Shown: positions 37,103-49,135 of the stretch, piece by piece
How the letters are laid out: each line of letters opens with the position of its first letter
Position numbering within the stretch: the stretch's first letter is position 1
Origin: Carcharhinus amblyrhynchos
Taxonomy: Eukaryota
NCBI GenBank assembly: GCA_965287045.1
Contig: OZ336891.1
Coordinates: 47,120,001 to 47,184,000 of the forward strand
Reading direction: 5' to 3'
DNA: 64,000 nucleotides
Made by a program: the position numbers and the translations under genes
The notes under the pieces: generated by a model
What the model was told of the DNA's origin: nothing
Database searches by the model: none
The model's input: the letters and a program-made list of their open reading frames with translations, nothing else

Positions 37103-37392
37103 AGAATCATAGAATCCCTACAGTGCAGAGGGAGGCCATTCAGCCCATTAAGTCTGCACCAACAACAATCCTATCCAGACCCACATATTTACTCTGCTAG
37201 CGCCCCTGACACTAAGGGTCAATTTATCATGGCCAATTGACCTCACTTGCACATCTTTAGACTGTGGGAAGAAACCAGAACAGGAAACCCACACAGACAT
37301 GGGAAGAACGTGCAAACTCCACACAGACAGTGATCCGAGATTGGAATTGAACCTGGTGCTGTAAGGTAACACTGCTAACCACTGGGCCACCC
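37103..37392 (-). mobile_element. HE1-like SINE, tail a
   Basis: agaatcatagaatccctacagtgcagag...actgctaaccactg. Confidence 0.9.
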
Positions 37393-37601
37393 CGACATCT
37401 GCCGTCTCCAGGAAGAAAACCTCCTTCCACCTCATACAACACATGGAGAGAGGAGCTGCAGGAAGAGGAAGGTGCAGAGTGACTGGAATCCTTTGTAGGG
37501 AAGGGGGGAAGAGGAGGGGGAAGCAGGTGTAGCCGTGGTGCCTGCTGCCTCTCACCTCTCCGCTAGAGAAGCTCACGATCGATTATTCCGGGTATGTTTT
37601 A

Positions 37602-38372
37602 ATGAATACAGATGCTGCCAGACCTGCTGGGTTTTTCCAGCATTCTCTGTATGTTTCCGATCGGCAGTTTCGATGCGCCACAGCGAAAAACCGCACCGAT
37701 CTCCTCAGAAGACAAACACGGGACACAGTGGACAGAGTTCCCTTCGTCGTCCAGTACTTCCCCGGAGCGGAGAAGCTACGACATCTTCTCCGGAGTCTTC
37801 AACATATCATTGATGAAGACGAACATCTCGCCAGGGCCATCCCCACACCCCCACTTCTTGCTTTCAGACAACCACACAACCTCAAACAGACCATTGTTCG
37901 CAGCAAACTACCCAGCCTTCAGGAGAACAGTGACCACAATACCACACAACCCTGCCACAGCAACCTCTGCAAGACATGCCGGATCATCGACATGGACACC
38001 ATCATCACACGTGAGAATACCATCCACCAGGTACATGGTAAATACTCTTGCAACTCGGCCAACATTGTCTACCTGATACGTTGCAAGAAAGGATGTCCCG
38101 AAGCATGGTACATTGGGGAGACCATGCAGACGCTACGACAACGGATGAATGAACATCGCTCGACAGTCACCAGGCAAGACTGTTCCCTTCCTGTTGGCGA
38201 ACACTTCAGTGGTCACGGGCATTCAGCCTCTGACCTTCGGGTAAGCATTCTCCAAGGCGGCCTTCACGACACACGACAGCGCAGAGTCGCTGAGCAGAGA
38301 CTGATAGCCAAGTTCCGCACACATGAGGACGGTCTCAACAGGGATCTTGGGTTCATGTCGCACTATCTGTAA
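37602..38372 (+). CDS. Penelope-type C-terminal thumb/linker and GIY-YIG endonuclease (5'-truncated; real homology starts ~37658)
   Basis: VPFVVQY, PLLAFRQP.NL, C..NLCKTC, NIVYLIRC...WYIGET..TLRQRMNEH, V.EHF...H, E..LI..F.T...GLN. Confidence 0.88.
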   Translation: MNTDAARPAGFFQHSLYVSDRQFRCATAKNRTDLLRRQTRDTVDRVPFVVQYFPGAEKLRHLLRSLQHIIDEDEHLARAIPTPPLLAFRQPHNLKQTIVRSKLPSLQENSDHNTTQPCHSNLCKTCRIIDMDTIITRENTIHQVHGKYSCNSANIVYLIRCKKGCPEAWYIGETMQTLRQRMNEHRSTVTRQDCSLPVGEHFSGHGHSASDLRVSILQGGLHDTRQRRVAEQRLIAKFRTHEDGLNRDLGFMSHYL

Positions 38373-38586
38373 CCCCCGTGACTTGCCTGGGTTTGCAAAA
38401 CCTCACTTACTGTACTGTCTGGAGACAATACACATCTCTTTAAACTGTGATCAGTGCTCCTACCACTCACATTATCAGCCACTTCAGGTCTTGAACAGCA
38501 GGTTAGGTGTAAGGATTCGCATTTTAATCAGTAATCTCTAAACTGTCTGTGCTTTATATGCTCTGTCTAAGGCCAGAACTCTCCAT

Positions 38587-38624
38587 TCACCTGACGAAGA
38601 GGCTGTCCCCTCGAAAGCTAGTGA
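38587..38624 (+). ncRNA. Minimal type I hammerhead ribozyme of the Penelope pLTR
   Basis: tcac CTGACGA a gagg-ctgtcc-cctc GAAA gc TA gtga: stem I tcac/gtga, stem II gagg/cctc, palindromic stem III agct. Confidence 0.7.
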
Positions 38625-39114
38625 GAATATTATCAAATAAATAGGTTGGACTAAAACCTGGTGTTGTCAGACTTTTTACTGTGTTTACGCCAGTCCAACG
38701 CCGGCATACCCACATCATGTTTCCGATAATCCCATGGATGTCAGTTGACCTTTGAAGCCTTGAAAATTCCATTCAAAAACAGGAGTCAACTGTTAAGTAT
38801 AAAAATGAAAGATTGGTTTTGGGATGGGTGTCGTAATCTTTGTCATTTACCGGGTGGGATCTGCTCTGAGTGAATGTGTGTTAATCCCCTGGGCATCTTC
38901 ACAACGTAGTCTATTGCTTGTTCCCTTGTGCCCAGTTATAAGGCGCCGATAAATAAACATTCGTTTGTGAGGTAAAGCTTTGAAACTGATTACTAAGGGG
39001 AGTGTAGCAGGTTGTGGCTGCCTCATGCAATGAGCACATGCAAAAACATAATGTTCAGGGGAGGGGAACTGGGACACTGAGCCGACATCTGCACAAGGAT
39101 CTATAATTACAAAA

Positions 39115-39517
39115 GGAACTACAAAAGGTCGTGAATGTAGCCCAATCCATCACGCAAACCAGCCTCCCATCCACTGACTCTGTCTACACTTCCCGCTGCC
39201 TCGGCAAAGCAGCCAGCATAATTAAGGACCCCACCCACCCCGGACATTCTCTCTTCCACCTTCTTCTGTCGGGTAAAAGATACAAAAGTCTGAGGTCACG
39301 TACTAACCGACTCAAGAACAGTTTCTTCCCTGCTGCTGTCAGACTTTTGAATGGACCTACCTTGATCTTTCTCTGCACCCGAGCTATGACTGTAACACTA
39401 CACTCTGCACTCTCTCGTTTCCTTCTCTACGAACGGTATGCGTTGTCTGTATAGTGCGAGAAACAATACTTTTCATTGCATGTTAATACATGTAACAATA
39501 TTATATCAAATCAAAAT
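39115..39517 (+). mobile_element. Rex1/Babar LINE 3' end
   Basis: HPGHSLFHLLLSGKRYKSLRSRTNRLKNSFFPAAVRLLN. Confidence 0.9.
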
Positions 39518-39759
39518 AGTATCGAGGCTGTTTTACAGTGCCGTCAAAACCTCTGGACACTCCCTCAGCTCAGACAAAATTCAATCCAACAGTCAAAAAA
39601 CCTGATCATACCATTAACCTGTCGGTTATTGTCCGGAGTCCATTGCAGCTGCAACAAATGTAGAGGCCAGGAAAATAAAGAGTTCAGAGAGAGTGTTATT
39701 CTAACGCTGGTTATATTGTGAAACAAACCCAAGTGGATCATTTTGTGCAACCGTTAATA

Positions 39760-41080
39760 TTCGTATTTGCTTCCCCTTCTCCTCCTGATCTGCCTCTGGT
39801 TTAGCTTTGGTAGATCCTTGGGACAGACTGTCCTCTCCCCAGATCTGACAGCTGTGACGCCCATGGCGGATGTCCTTTGGATTTTGGAGCCTGCCCCACC
39901 TGCACCAGTGCCGGGGCAGATCCATCACTGGGGAAGAAAGCAGCATGTGTGGCCCTGTCCAAGGGTAGGGATGGGGAGGAGGGTGACATGGGACGAGAGG
40001 TCATGGAGGGGAGTTGTGTGTGGGGATGTTGATCCAGCTGCAGTCAGCGTGTACAGACTATTGGTCTAGACCACAATACATTAAGCATCCTGCCCCCTGT
40101 ACTTCTCCAAGAGAGCAGTCACTCTTTCCATGGAGGTGATCATCAGTATGAATCCCTGAGACATCATGGCATCCGTGCTAATGATAGGCTCCTCCAATCT
40201 CTCTCCATAGTTACATGCTGCCTCTGGAATTGCTGAGAGCAGTAATATATGTTTGCTTTCTCTGCTCCACAACTTCCTTTTCCATTGGAGGAAGCTCAGT
40301 GTTTCCATCCAGCTGAGGAGAGGTTGGAGTGCCCTGCATCCTCAGACCAGGGCTCAGCTGTTCCAGTCTCCGGTACCTGCTCCTGCTCAAATGTAATGTT
40401 AAAAGGCCATTGTTCCAGATGATCACAGGTTGCTTTCTCTGTCCCCTTTGAGCGGGAGAGCTGACTGGTGGTGATTTCACCTGAGATGAGGGGCAAAGTT
40501 GGGAAGGCATGAATAACCTCAGCCTTGAGTTGATCCTGCGCTGTTGGCATTGCTCTGCATCACTCACCAGCCGTCCAGACAACTGAGCTAAACAATTCCC
40601 TGCAATGTTCATCCAGTATGTGACAACCTGTCTATCTCTATTTCTATATCCAATGAGAGTGTTTGGTCAGGATGGCTGACCTCTGCCCCCATCACCTGTC
40701 CATAAGGAGGGGGACTTCCATTCTGGCCCTCACTGTCTCCAGTATGAGCTCCAGAAAAGAGAAGTGAACAGGAGAGCTTCCTTCTATTGTCTTACCTTTA
40801 GTTTACTGAAGAAGCTGCTTCCTGCAGGCATTTTGCCCCTTGCCAGAGTCTCATTAAATGCATCACCTTCATTGACAGAGTACACCGTCCCTGAATGATC
40901 ATTGACAGAGTACACCGTCCCTGAATGATCATTGACAGAGTACACCGTCCCTGAATGATCAGGAGACCCTGAAGTAGGATTTGAATGACTGCATGAAGGA
41001 GCCAGGTTTAAACTTGCTTCAACTACAACAAGTTCCTGACCTGCTGCCTCCCCTCTGCTATGTGTGGGTCTATTCTGTTT
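39760..41080 (-). mobile_element. Degenerate PIF/Harbinger remnant (Myb/SANT-like ORF), with a third tRNA-SINE family inserted at 40410-40600
   Basis: Minus strand ~40780-40690 FLELILETVRARMEVP; SINE head tagctcagttgtctggacggctggtg. Confidence 0.5.
40870..40961. repeat. Perfect 30-bp tandem repeat, 3 copies
   Basis: (cattgacagagtacaccgtccctgaatgat)x3. Confidence 0.97.
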
Positions 41081-41099
41081 CCAATGTGTCCATGAGTTT

Positions 41100-41410
41100 A
41101 AATCTCAGCATGGCAGCTGGAGAATATTAATTCTGATAATTAAATACATCAGGACTGGTGACGATATAACTACCGTCCTGGAATAAAAAAAAACCATGTG
41201 GTTCACTAATATTCACAAAGGGGTGAAATCTGCTATATCTAAATGTGATCCACAACAATGCTGTTAACTCTTAACTTCCCCCTGAAATGGTCTAGCAACG
41301 CATGTAGTTACCAAGAAGATAGTTCACCAACAGCCTCTTAAGCGACATTAGTGATGGACAGTGAATGTTGGCCTTGACAATGATACCCACACCCTGTGAA
41401 TGAATAAACA
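41100..41410 (+). mobile_element. Degenerate family-2 SINE
   Basis: aaatctcagcatggcagctgg...ggttcactaat...aatgttggccttgac...gaatgaataaa. Confidence 0.6.
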
Positions 41411-42156
41411 AAAAGCTGACCAAACAAGGACAATAAATATTGTAAGAATGACCACACGCATTTCTTCCATCACCACCTCAGTGACCCTGGAGATTACCAC
41501 CGCCTGGGTAGAGCAGGTGTCCAGTGCTGTTAGGTATTGTAGCGTGAGGAAGCTTTCAATCACAGTGGTGATTTATTAAAGAACAGCAGCAATGCAGTAT
41601 ATACCAGCTCAACACTGATACAGTTCTTCCTCTGACTCCCTGGGCTTGCAATGAGGGCTTCCCAGACCTGGACTCTACCACTCTATAGGCCAAAATTCGC
41701 ATGCTCCATTCCAATAGGCCCAGGCAGATCACATGACGCACAAACTATTGCCCCTTAATGGGGCCTCACAATCACTTTACAGTTTGGAATAAAAAAAACA
41801 AATGTCTACGACACAGAATCCAATCAACAGAGTGACTGTAACATGCCAATCCCACACGTTGTTTCATTGAATCTCTTCCTGGTGCAGCAATGATTGAGAC
41901 TGGCTGCCCCTTTGAGCTGTCACTGGTGTCTTAACTCCACAGCAGCAAACTTTTATTGTCTATACTTGGCAAGTGGAAAGCATGTCTTATTAAATTTAAA
42001 CCCTACTCCAGGGAACTAAACCACCGTCCTCTATGAGCCACAGTGTTACACACAAACTTAGAGACATTTGGATTTGTTACTTCTGAGGAAAGGTCACTGT
42101 CAAAACTCGACCAAATTAATTTCTTTTGAACATTATTGTCCTGCTGAGCATTCAGC

Positions 42157-42440
42157 TTAAAGTTTATTAGTATCACAAGTAAATTTACATTAACATTGCA
42201 ATGAAGGAACTATGAAAATCCCCTAGTTGCCACATTCTGGCACCTGTTCGGGTACACTGAGGGAGAATTTAGCGTGGCCAATGCACCCTAACCAGCACGT
42301 CTTTTGGACTGTGGGAGGAAACTGGAGCACCCAGAGGAAACCTATGCAGACATGGGGAGAATGTGCAAACTCCACACAGGCAGTGACCCAAGCTGGGAAT
42401 TGAACCTGGGTCCCTGGTGCTGTGAGGCAGCAGTGCTAAA
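42157..42440 (-). mobile_element. HE1-like SINE, tail b
   Basis: tttattagtatcacaagt...gtgaggcagcagtgcta. Confidence 0.9.
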
Positions 42441-43999
42441 TCTGTGTTGCTTTAAGGGTTTGTGTGGGAGTGGTGTGGAAATGATGTTTTCCCTCCTTTT
42501 TCCTCCTTCCATGTGAGGAAGTTTTTGCTGTGTGGGGCCTGTGGCTATTTGTGAACATTCGTTGGTAACTCATCATGTTAGAACCATACCCTGATAAAGG
42601 AACCCCTTTTGTTAAGTGTATATTATTGATAAGTAGATAATGCACAGTACCAGAATCCTGGATAATAATCTTCAAATAATCTGGAATACTGTAGTTAAAA
42701 CTAACCTAATATCATATGTTTCAAAGAATATTGTAAATACAGAACAGCAGTAAACTTCAGAAAGTAGGTTCCCAGCACAGTGTAATACATAGGGACTCCT
42801 CCAACTTGAAAACCTTTAATGATTTAAATTGTTATGCCCAATCAAGGTATGTTCTACTCATCACTTTAAAACATGTACTGTGCTTTTATGGAAGTTTCTG
42901 AAAGTGTTTTTTGTTTTTTTTACAATGGACACTGGCCAGGTGACCATGATGGCTGCCAAGAGTTAGGTAACTTCTAAATTCAACTCCGACCACATCAAGT
43001 TTCTAGAAAGTTTCGAATTGAATCAAGCTCAGTTTAACATTTTTGCATTAGCCTCAACAGTTTCTACCATGTTTGGGCAATCTATTTGACAGAATCCTGT
43101 CCAGTCACCAACATAAAAGATTACCCTCAGGTGTAGGACTTTTATACACTGTATTCAACGGAGTTTAGAAGGATGAGGGAGGATCTGCCAGGCCATGGGA
43201 GGGGGGTACCAGGGTACACCTGGGTGAAAAGTGTTTGCTGGTTTGCTTGCTGTGCGCTGGGATAGTGTTTAAAAACAGTGCCCAGATCATAAGTGTCAGA
43301 TTTGATGGTGGTTCCAGGGATTCGGAGCTGCTTGTCAGTGATGGAAGCTCTGATTGCGAGTTCTTTTTCTAAGTTCCTGACCACATGGCAGCAAAAGCCG
43401 ACATTTCTGTTGGTGGCCTCAACACAGCTTCTCCGTCCGACATCAGTCTTTGCCGAGGATATCCCGGCCTACATCCTGGGACATAGCTGCCACTTACACT
43501 GACCGACCTCTATCAGAAATTGGAGCCCAGTCAAACCAAAACCAGCTGAGTGTAATTACTTTTATATTTATTCACATTTACTGTATTGTATTTATTATGT
43601 TTTGGTAATTTATTTGACTTTGCAAGTTATGCCAGCCAGGAATGTGCTGTATGTACTGCACATGTATGTTACAGAATTTCAACTGCACATAGTTTGCCCC
43701 AGGTGAGAAATGTCTGACGGTACCTAACTCTGGCTTTAACATTAATGTCAATGGGAACCGACGATTCACTTAAAGTTGTTTCACTCAAAGTCGTGATGGC
43801 CAGGGTACCGTAATCCAAACTACCAATCCACGTTATTCTTGCTGGGAGAGATCGAGATGATAATCTAAACATTGACACTGCAGGTAAGTGAAGGTAAACC
43901 GTGTGTTCAGTTCAATATCTTGCTATGTAATTTTTTGAAAATTGTGTGTATTACACATTCCAGTTTGTACTAGGCTATATCCTAGCCCAGGGCCAAGAG

Positions 44000-44612
44000 G
44001 TATTTGATTTATTATTGTCACATGTATTGCGCTGGACAGACAAAAACATATTTGTTCATAGAGTACGTAGGAGAGAAGGAAAGGAGAGGGTGCAGAATGT
44101 AGTGTTACATTCATAGCTAGTGTGTAGAGAAAGATCAGTTTAATATATGATCGGTCTATTCAAAAGTCTGATGGCAGCAGGGAAGAAGCTGGTCTTAAAC
44201 TGTTAGACATAGGAGCAGAATTAGGCCACTTGACCCATTGAGTCAGCTCTGCCATTCCAAATGGCTGATAAGTTTCTCAACCCTATTCTTCCACTTTTTC
44301 CTTGTAACCTTTGATCCCCTTAACAATCAAGAACCTATCTATCTCTGTCTTAAATACTTAATGATTTGGGTTCCACAGCCTTCTGTGGCAATGAATTCCA
44401 TAAATTCATATGCTCTAGCTGAAGAAATTCCTCCTTTTGAGTCTGTTGGTACATGTTCGCAGACTTTTGTAAATTTTCCTGATGGAGAAGGGTGGAAGTG
44501 AGTATGTCTGGGGCGCATGGGGTCCTCGATAATGTTGCCTGCTTTGCTGAGGCAGCGGGAAGTGTAGACAGGGTCGATGGATGGGCTTGTGTGATGGATT
44601 GGGCTATGTTCA
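44000..44612 (-). mobile_element. Rex1/Babar 3' end split by a CR1 3' tail (44200-44435, minus)
   Basis: gcagcagggaagaagctg | gacataggagcagaattaggcc... | gttggtacatgttcgcagacttttg. Confidence 0.8.
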
Positions 44613-45559
44613 GGTATGAGGACAGCAATGAATTCTCTGGGTAAAGTATTCTGCTCTGTAAAGTGAGGCTGGCCTAATTTCCCAGCTAAGGAATAGTTGG
44701 ATTCTGCAGCAATTTCTCTGAGGTTAGAATTGCACTGAATCATTTCCTGTATCACGTGCCTTTCCCACTATCCCAGCGGCGAGCAGGCCAAACAAATCTA
44801 TTTTATGGCACTGCTTACTTCCCAGATGCTGCTGGAGTCAGTTATGGCACAGATGAGCTCAAGCACTGGAGCAACATACAGGCAAATCGTGAGGTGCCAA
44901 AAGAAATCGGACATACTGCAGGGGTGTAAGTTTAACAACTGGGAAGGTGAGTTGTGTTTGTGTTATTCTCACTTAAAAGCTGTTGATTGATTGTGTGCAT
45001 TTGTTAATTTTAAACGAGTTGTTGTGGCTGTAAGGGAAAGTCTGCCTCTGTGGGACATGATTGTGAAAGAAAACGAAAACTTCTCCTGGACATCTCCTCA
45101 AGACATTTACTTTTGTCAGGGTAACACAGTGCAGATGTTTATGTAAAACTTCCTTGAACGCTGCAATCTAAACCTCTAATCCATCTAAATCTGTTTCTGT
45201 ATGTGTGGATCCTCGTGTGGTGCTGAACATTTCCAACTCCTGTTACTTTCCTCTTCCACATCATCAGATTAGATATGTTCAGCTCCAAAGGTTTACAATT
45301 TCAAACCAAAGTCCCAGAGGTGGGAGAAGTACGGTTTTTAGGACTGAGACTGATCATGAAACAGCTGTTAAAGGAACAGGCAAGTGAGAATGTTCCAGCC
45401 TGAAATAATACTCGCCGTAGCCCATATTTACACCAGCCCATCCTTGTCACATTGCGCTGGCTTCCGTGCCCCAGGTCCTCATCCTCACTTTCAAATCACT
45501 CCATGGTCTCACAACCCCCTACTTCTGTAATATCCTCCAATCACAGAGCATCCTGGAAG

Positions 45560-45740
45560 AAAATGCTGGAAAATCTCAGCAGGTCTGGCAGCAGCTGTAA
45601 GGAGAGAAAAGAGCTGATGTTTCGAGTCCAGACCACCCTTGGGTCATCTGGACTCGAGACGTCAGCTCTTCCATCTCCTGCTGAGCTTTTCCAGAGTTTT
45701 CCCTTTTGGTTTCAGATTCCAGCATCTGCAGTACTTTGCT
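45560..45740. mobile_element. Head-to-head inverted pair of Penelope-type pLTR fragments (hairpin)
   Basis: Arms 45609-45638 and 45641-45670 are 26/30 complementary; outer arms aaaatgctggaaaatctcagcagg / cctgctgagcttttccagagtttt. Confidence 0.75.
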
Positions 45741-45869
45741 AGAATCCTAGAATCTTGTGGCACACAAGAAGGCCATTCAACCTGTCATGCCCATGCCAGC
45801 CCTTTCAAGCCTTGCAGGTTCTGCAGCTCCAACACACTGTTATTGTCCATTCCCCATTGCCTCTGGGCT

Positions 45870-46590
45870 TATGGGCAGTGATCCATCAGCCACCATATCA
45901 ATACCTCTGGATGTCTGTCTGTAGGAAACAGTGTGCAGTGGCAAAGACCTCAAACCTAGCACCATGTTCACGGTCTATGGGACTGCAATGCTTCCTGCCT
46001 CCTGTCGCAATCAAAGATGTGGACAACATACAGCACACATCTTAAATTCCTGGAGAAATATCACCAGTGATGCCTCTGCTAATTCCTGCAAATTCAGTGG
46101 CAGGATAGGCAGTGCCCTCTCTCGCTGACGTCCATAGTGACGAGGTATTGGTTATAGGTAATCAGCTATATTGGCTGGGCCACATCATCTGCAAGACTGG
46201 CATTCCAAAATAAGCTCTGTACTCCGAGCTTCACCACGGCAAACGGTTACCAGGAGGGCAGAGGAAATATTTCACGGATGGCCTCAAAGCCTCTTTGAAA
46301 AATACAACATCCCCACTGATACGAGGGAATCTCTTGTTTGACGCCACCCAAACTGGAGAAGAAGCGGCTGCGTAAGTGCAGGCCCAGGTGGGAGGCCAGC
46401 TGCAAACAGCAGAAGGTGCGTATCAAAATCCAAGCTTCCCAACTACCTCATCGAACACAACCCACCCCCACCGATTGCAGAGTGTGTGGATCCAGCACTG
46501 GACTCTTTCGACTCCTCGGGACTCACACCCTCGGAGTGGCAGAAAACCATCCTCAGTTCCGAGGAACTGCCCGGGAAGAAGAGGAAATGA
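45870..46590 (+). mobile_element. RTE-clade LINE 3' part, inside an L2 remnant
   Basis: WLGHI, IPK.ALYSELHHGKRLPGGQRK.F.D.LKASL, CRVCGS.TGLF..L.TH. Confidence 0.8.
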
Positions 46591-47921
46591 CCCCCTGGGA
46601 GCAGCCGCCCCCCCCCCCCCCGCCCCCCCGCCCCCCCCCCCCCCCACTTTCTGCTTTGCCACCTTCTTCCCTGTTTTCATCAGTCTCTTCCTAATCCCCC
46701 TCTTCCTGTGTGCATCGCAGTCCATCACCTAACCTACAAACATCTCTGTGTACACCAAGCCTGCTGTGTAAATGTAACTTGAGACAGTTGATGATAAGTT
46801 AATGGATCAGTTTTGGGTTAAGGGCACTGCATGAAATATTAACCTTTCTTCTTGAGGTATTGACTGACCTCCGGGCCAAGATTTGTTGTCAAAATAATAA
46901 TGAACCCAATGTTCGTTATTTGTGTGTAAACGGTGGAGTGACTTGAGGTAATGAGCAGATCCCCGGTTAAATGCAAATACCCAAAGGTTGCTGGTGAGTT
47001 GTGTCACTCTGCTCTTTGTGACAATGGCGTTTCTTTGTCACATCTCCCTTAAAATGCGCTGAATGTTGTGAACCTGGCTGTATCTGCAAAGAGAGCTACA
47101 AGCTAAATGCACCGCAGCTATTTAGAACCCGTGATTAACGGTGTAAGTAATTATGTGGTAATTGCTAATTACCGCCAGTCAACATCTCTGGCACTGAAAA
47201 CTAACTACTACATCTTCCATTACTTCAGACTTTTAATTATTTTGGGGAGATTCTAAAAAACGCCAAATATAATTATTTTCTCATTCTTCTTTTTCTGTCT
47301 CTTTCTTCCCGCTCTTAATCTAACCTCTCTTTCCCTCTCTTTGTTGCTTTCTCTGTTCCAGATTTAACATTAAATTCACCCTCCTCGAAGTCCTTCCACT
47401 ATTTGTCTCCCAACCCATTAATCTTGTTGTTTAAGGAGTTGGTAACTTTGATCACCTGGATCTCAGGCGCCCTGGTTCCCTCGCCACCATGCTATCAGCT
47501 CACACTGGCTGTAACTTTGTGGTCAGAAAGAATTTTGAGTTGCAGATTACGTGGCCAAGAGTAGGTAACAGGAGATGGTCTGCTGCAGCAAGGTCTGGTG
47601 TACAGCTAGTATTTTCTAATTTTATTACAGATTTCTTGCAATTGTTCTTATTTTGCCTTTGATTTGTTAATATTAAATGCTTTGGCCACCAGATGTCAGC
47701 AACCATATTTTGTAAATATTAGATGATAAACTATTTGTTCGTTGTCTCGTGACTGCTAGAAGCCAGGTAGGTGTGATTGCATTAAGGAAGGGTCAAAGTA
47801 AGAGCTTCTTTAAGTGTAATTCTGTGGTTGAATTAAATAATCCAGCAATCCAAATTTACAGTGTGTTCCTCTAACTCTGAGTAAATGCAAATATCCAAAG
47901 GTTCAACATCAAATCCCTTCT

Positions 47922-48650
47922 TTTTGATTTGATTTATTATTGTCACATGTATTGGGATACAGTGAAAAGTATTATTTCTTGCACGCTATACAGACAAAGC
48001 ATACCGTACATAAGGAAGGAAACGAGAGAGTGCAGATTGTAGTCTTATAGACATAGCTAGGGTGTAGAGAAAGATTAACTTAATGCAAGGTAGGTCCATT
48101 CAAATGTCTGATTGCAGCAGGGAAGAAGCTGTTCTTAGATTGGTTGGTACATAACCTCAGACTTTTGTACCTTTTTCCTGATGGAAGAAGGTGAAAGGGA
48201 GAATGTCCGGGGTGGGTGGGGTTCTTAATTATGCTGACTTCTTTTCTGAGGCAGCAGGAAGTGTAGACAGAGACAATGGATGGGAGATTGGTTTGCGTAA
48301 TGGACTGGGCTACATTCATGACCTTTTGTAGTTCCTTGCAGTTTTGGTCAGAGCAGGAGCCCATACCGAGCTGTGGTAAGCCCAGAAAGAATGCTTTCTA
48401 TGATGCATCTGTAAAAGTTGGTGAGAGTCGTAGCTGACATGCCAAATTTCCTTAGCCTCCTGAGAAAGTAGAGGTGGTGGGCTTTTTTGACTATAACGTC
48501 GCCATGGAGGGATCAGGACAGGTTGTTTGTGATTTGGACACCTAGAAACTTAAAGCTGAAAGACCATTTCCACTTCATCCCAGTTGATGTAGACAGGGGG
48601 ACATCCTTCACTACGCTTCCTGAAGTCGATGACTATCTCCGAAGTTTTGT
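47922..48650 (-). mobile_element. Rex1/Babar LINE 3' part
   Basis: ELQKVMNVAQSIT...HPGHSPFHLLPSGKRY; upstream FKFLGVQI. Confidence 0.9.
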
Positions 48651-49003
48651 TAACACTGCTGCTCATCTAGGTACTGCACCTCAGTGATAGAATCCGTAGG
48701 CATGGGACCAGCTTACGCGACTTAACTCTATCCTTCCATTGACTGTTGGGCTGCTCTCGCGACATCCGGTGTTTGTTGATTGAAAATTTTCTTCAGCTCA
48801 GGGTGAGAGAGATTGAAGTCATTGTTTTGAGATCCTAGCCACAAATTTTACTCCCTTGTTACTCATTTCATCCAACTCTGAGCCACTGAGTCAGATTGAG
48901 TTAGACGGATTACTATTTGGAGTCATCTCTGCTCTGAACTGACCTTACAAATCTGTATCGCCTCAACCTAATGTACATCTATCACACTCCTCCCCCTCTT
49001 AAC

Positions 49004-49135
49004 TCTGAAAAGAATCATACAGACTCGGAGCATTAACTGTTTCTTTCTCTCCACTAATGCTGCCAGACCTGCTGAGATTTTTCACAATTCCTGTTTTCAT
49101 TTCGGATTTCGAGCATCCACAGTATTTTGCTTCTA
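49004..49135 (+). mobile_element. Penelope-type pLTR fragment (second family), degenerate
   Basis: tctgaaaagaatcatacagactcgg...atgctgccagacctgctgagattttt. Confidence 0.55.

Larger units (their letters stand above)
37600..38720 (+). mobile_element. Penelope-like retroelement 3' portion (GIY-YIG endonuclease plus pLTR)
   Basis: Intact ORF followed by a 3' region with a hammerhead core and aacctggtgttgtcagact...ccagtccaacgccggc. Confidence 0.93.

Noticed and set aside
40870-40961. CRISPR-like 30-bp direct repeats
   Set aside because: No spacers, no cas genes, and a eukaryotic context; it is a simple tandem repeat.
46338-46732. Polyproline/polyglycine ORFs
   Set aside because: They arise from a poly-C run next to an RTE 3' end.
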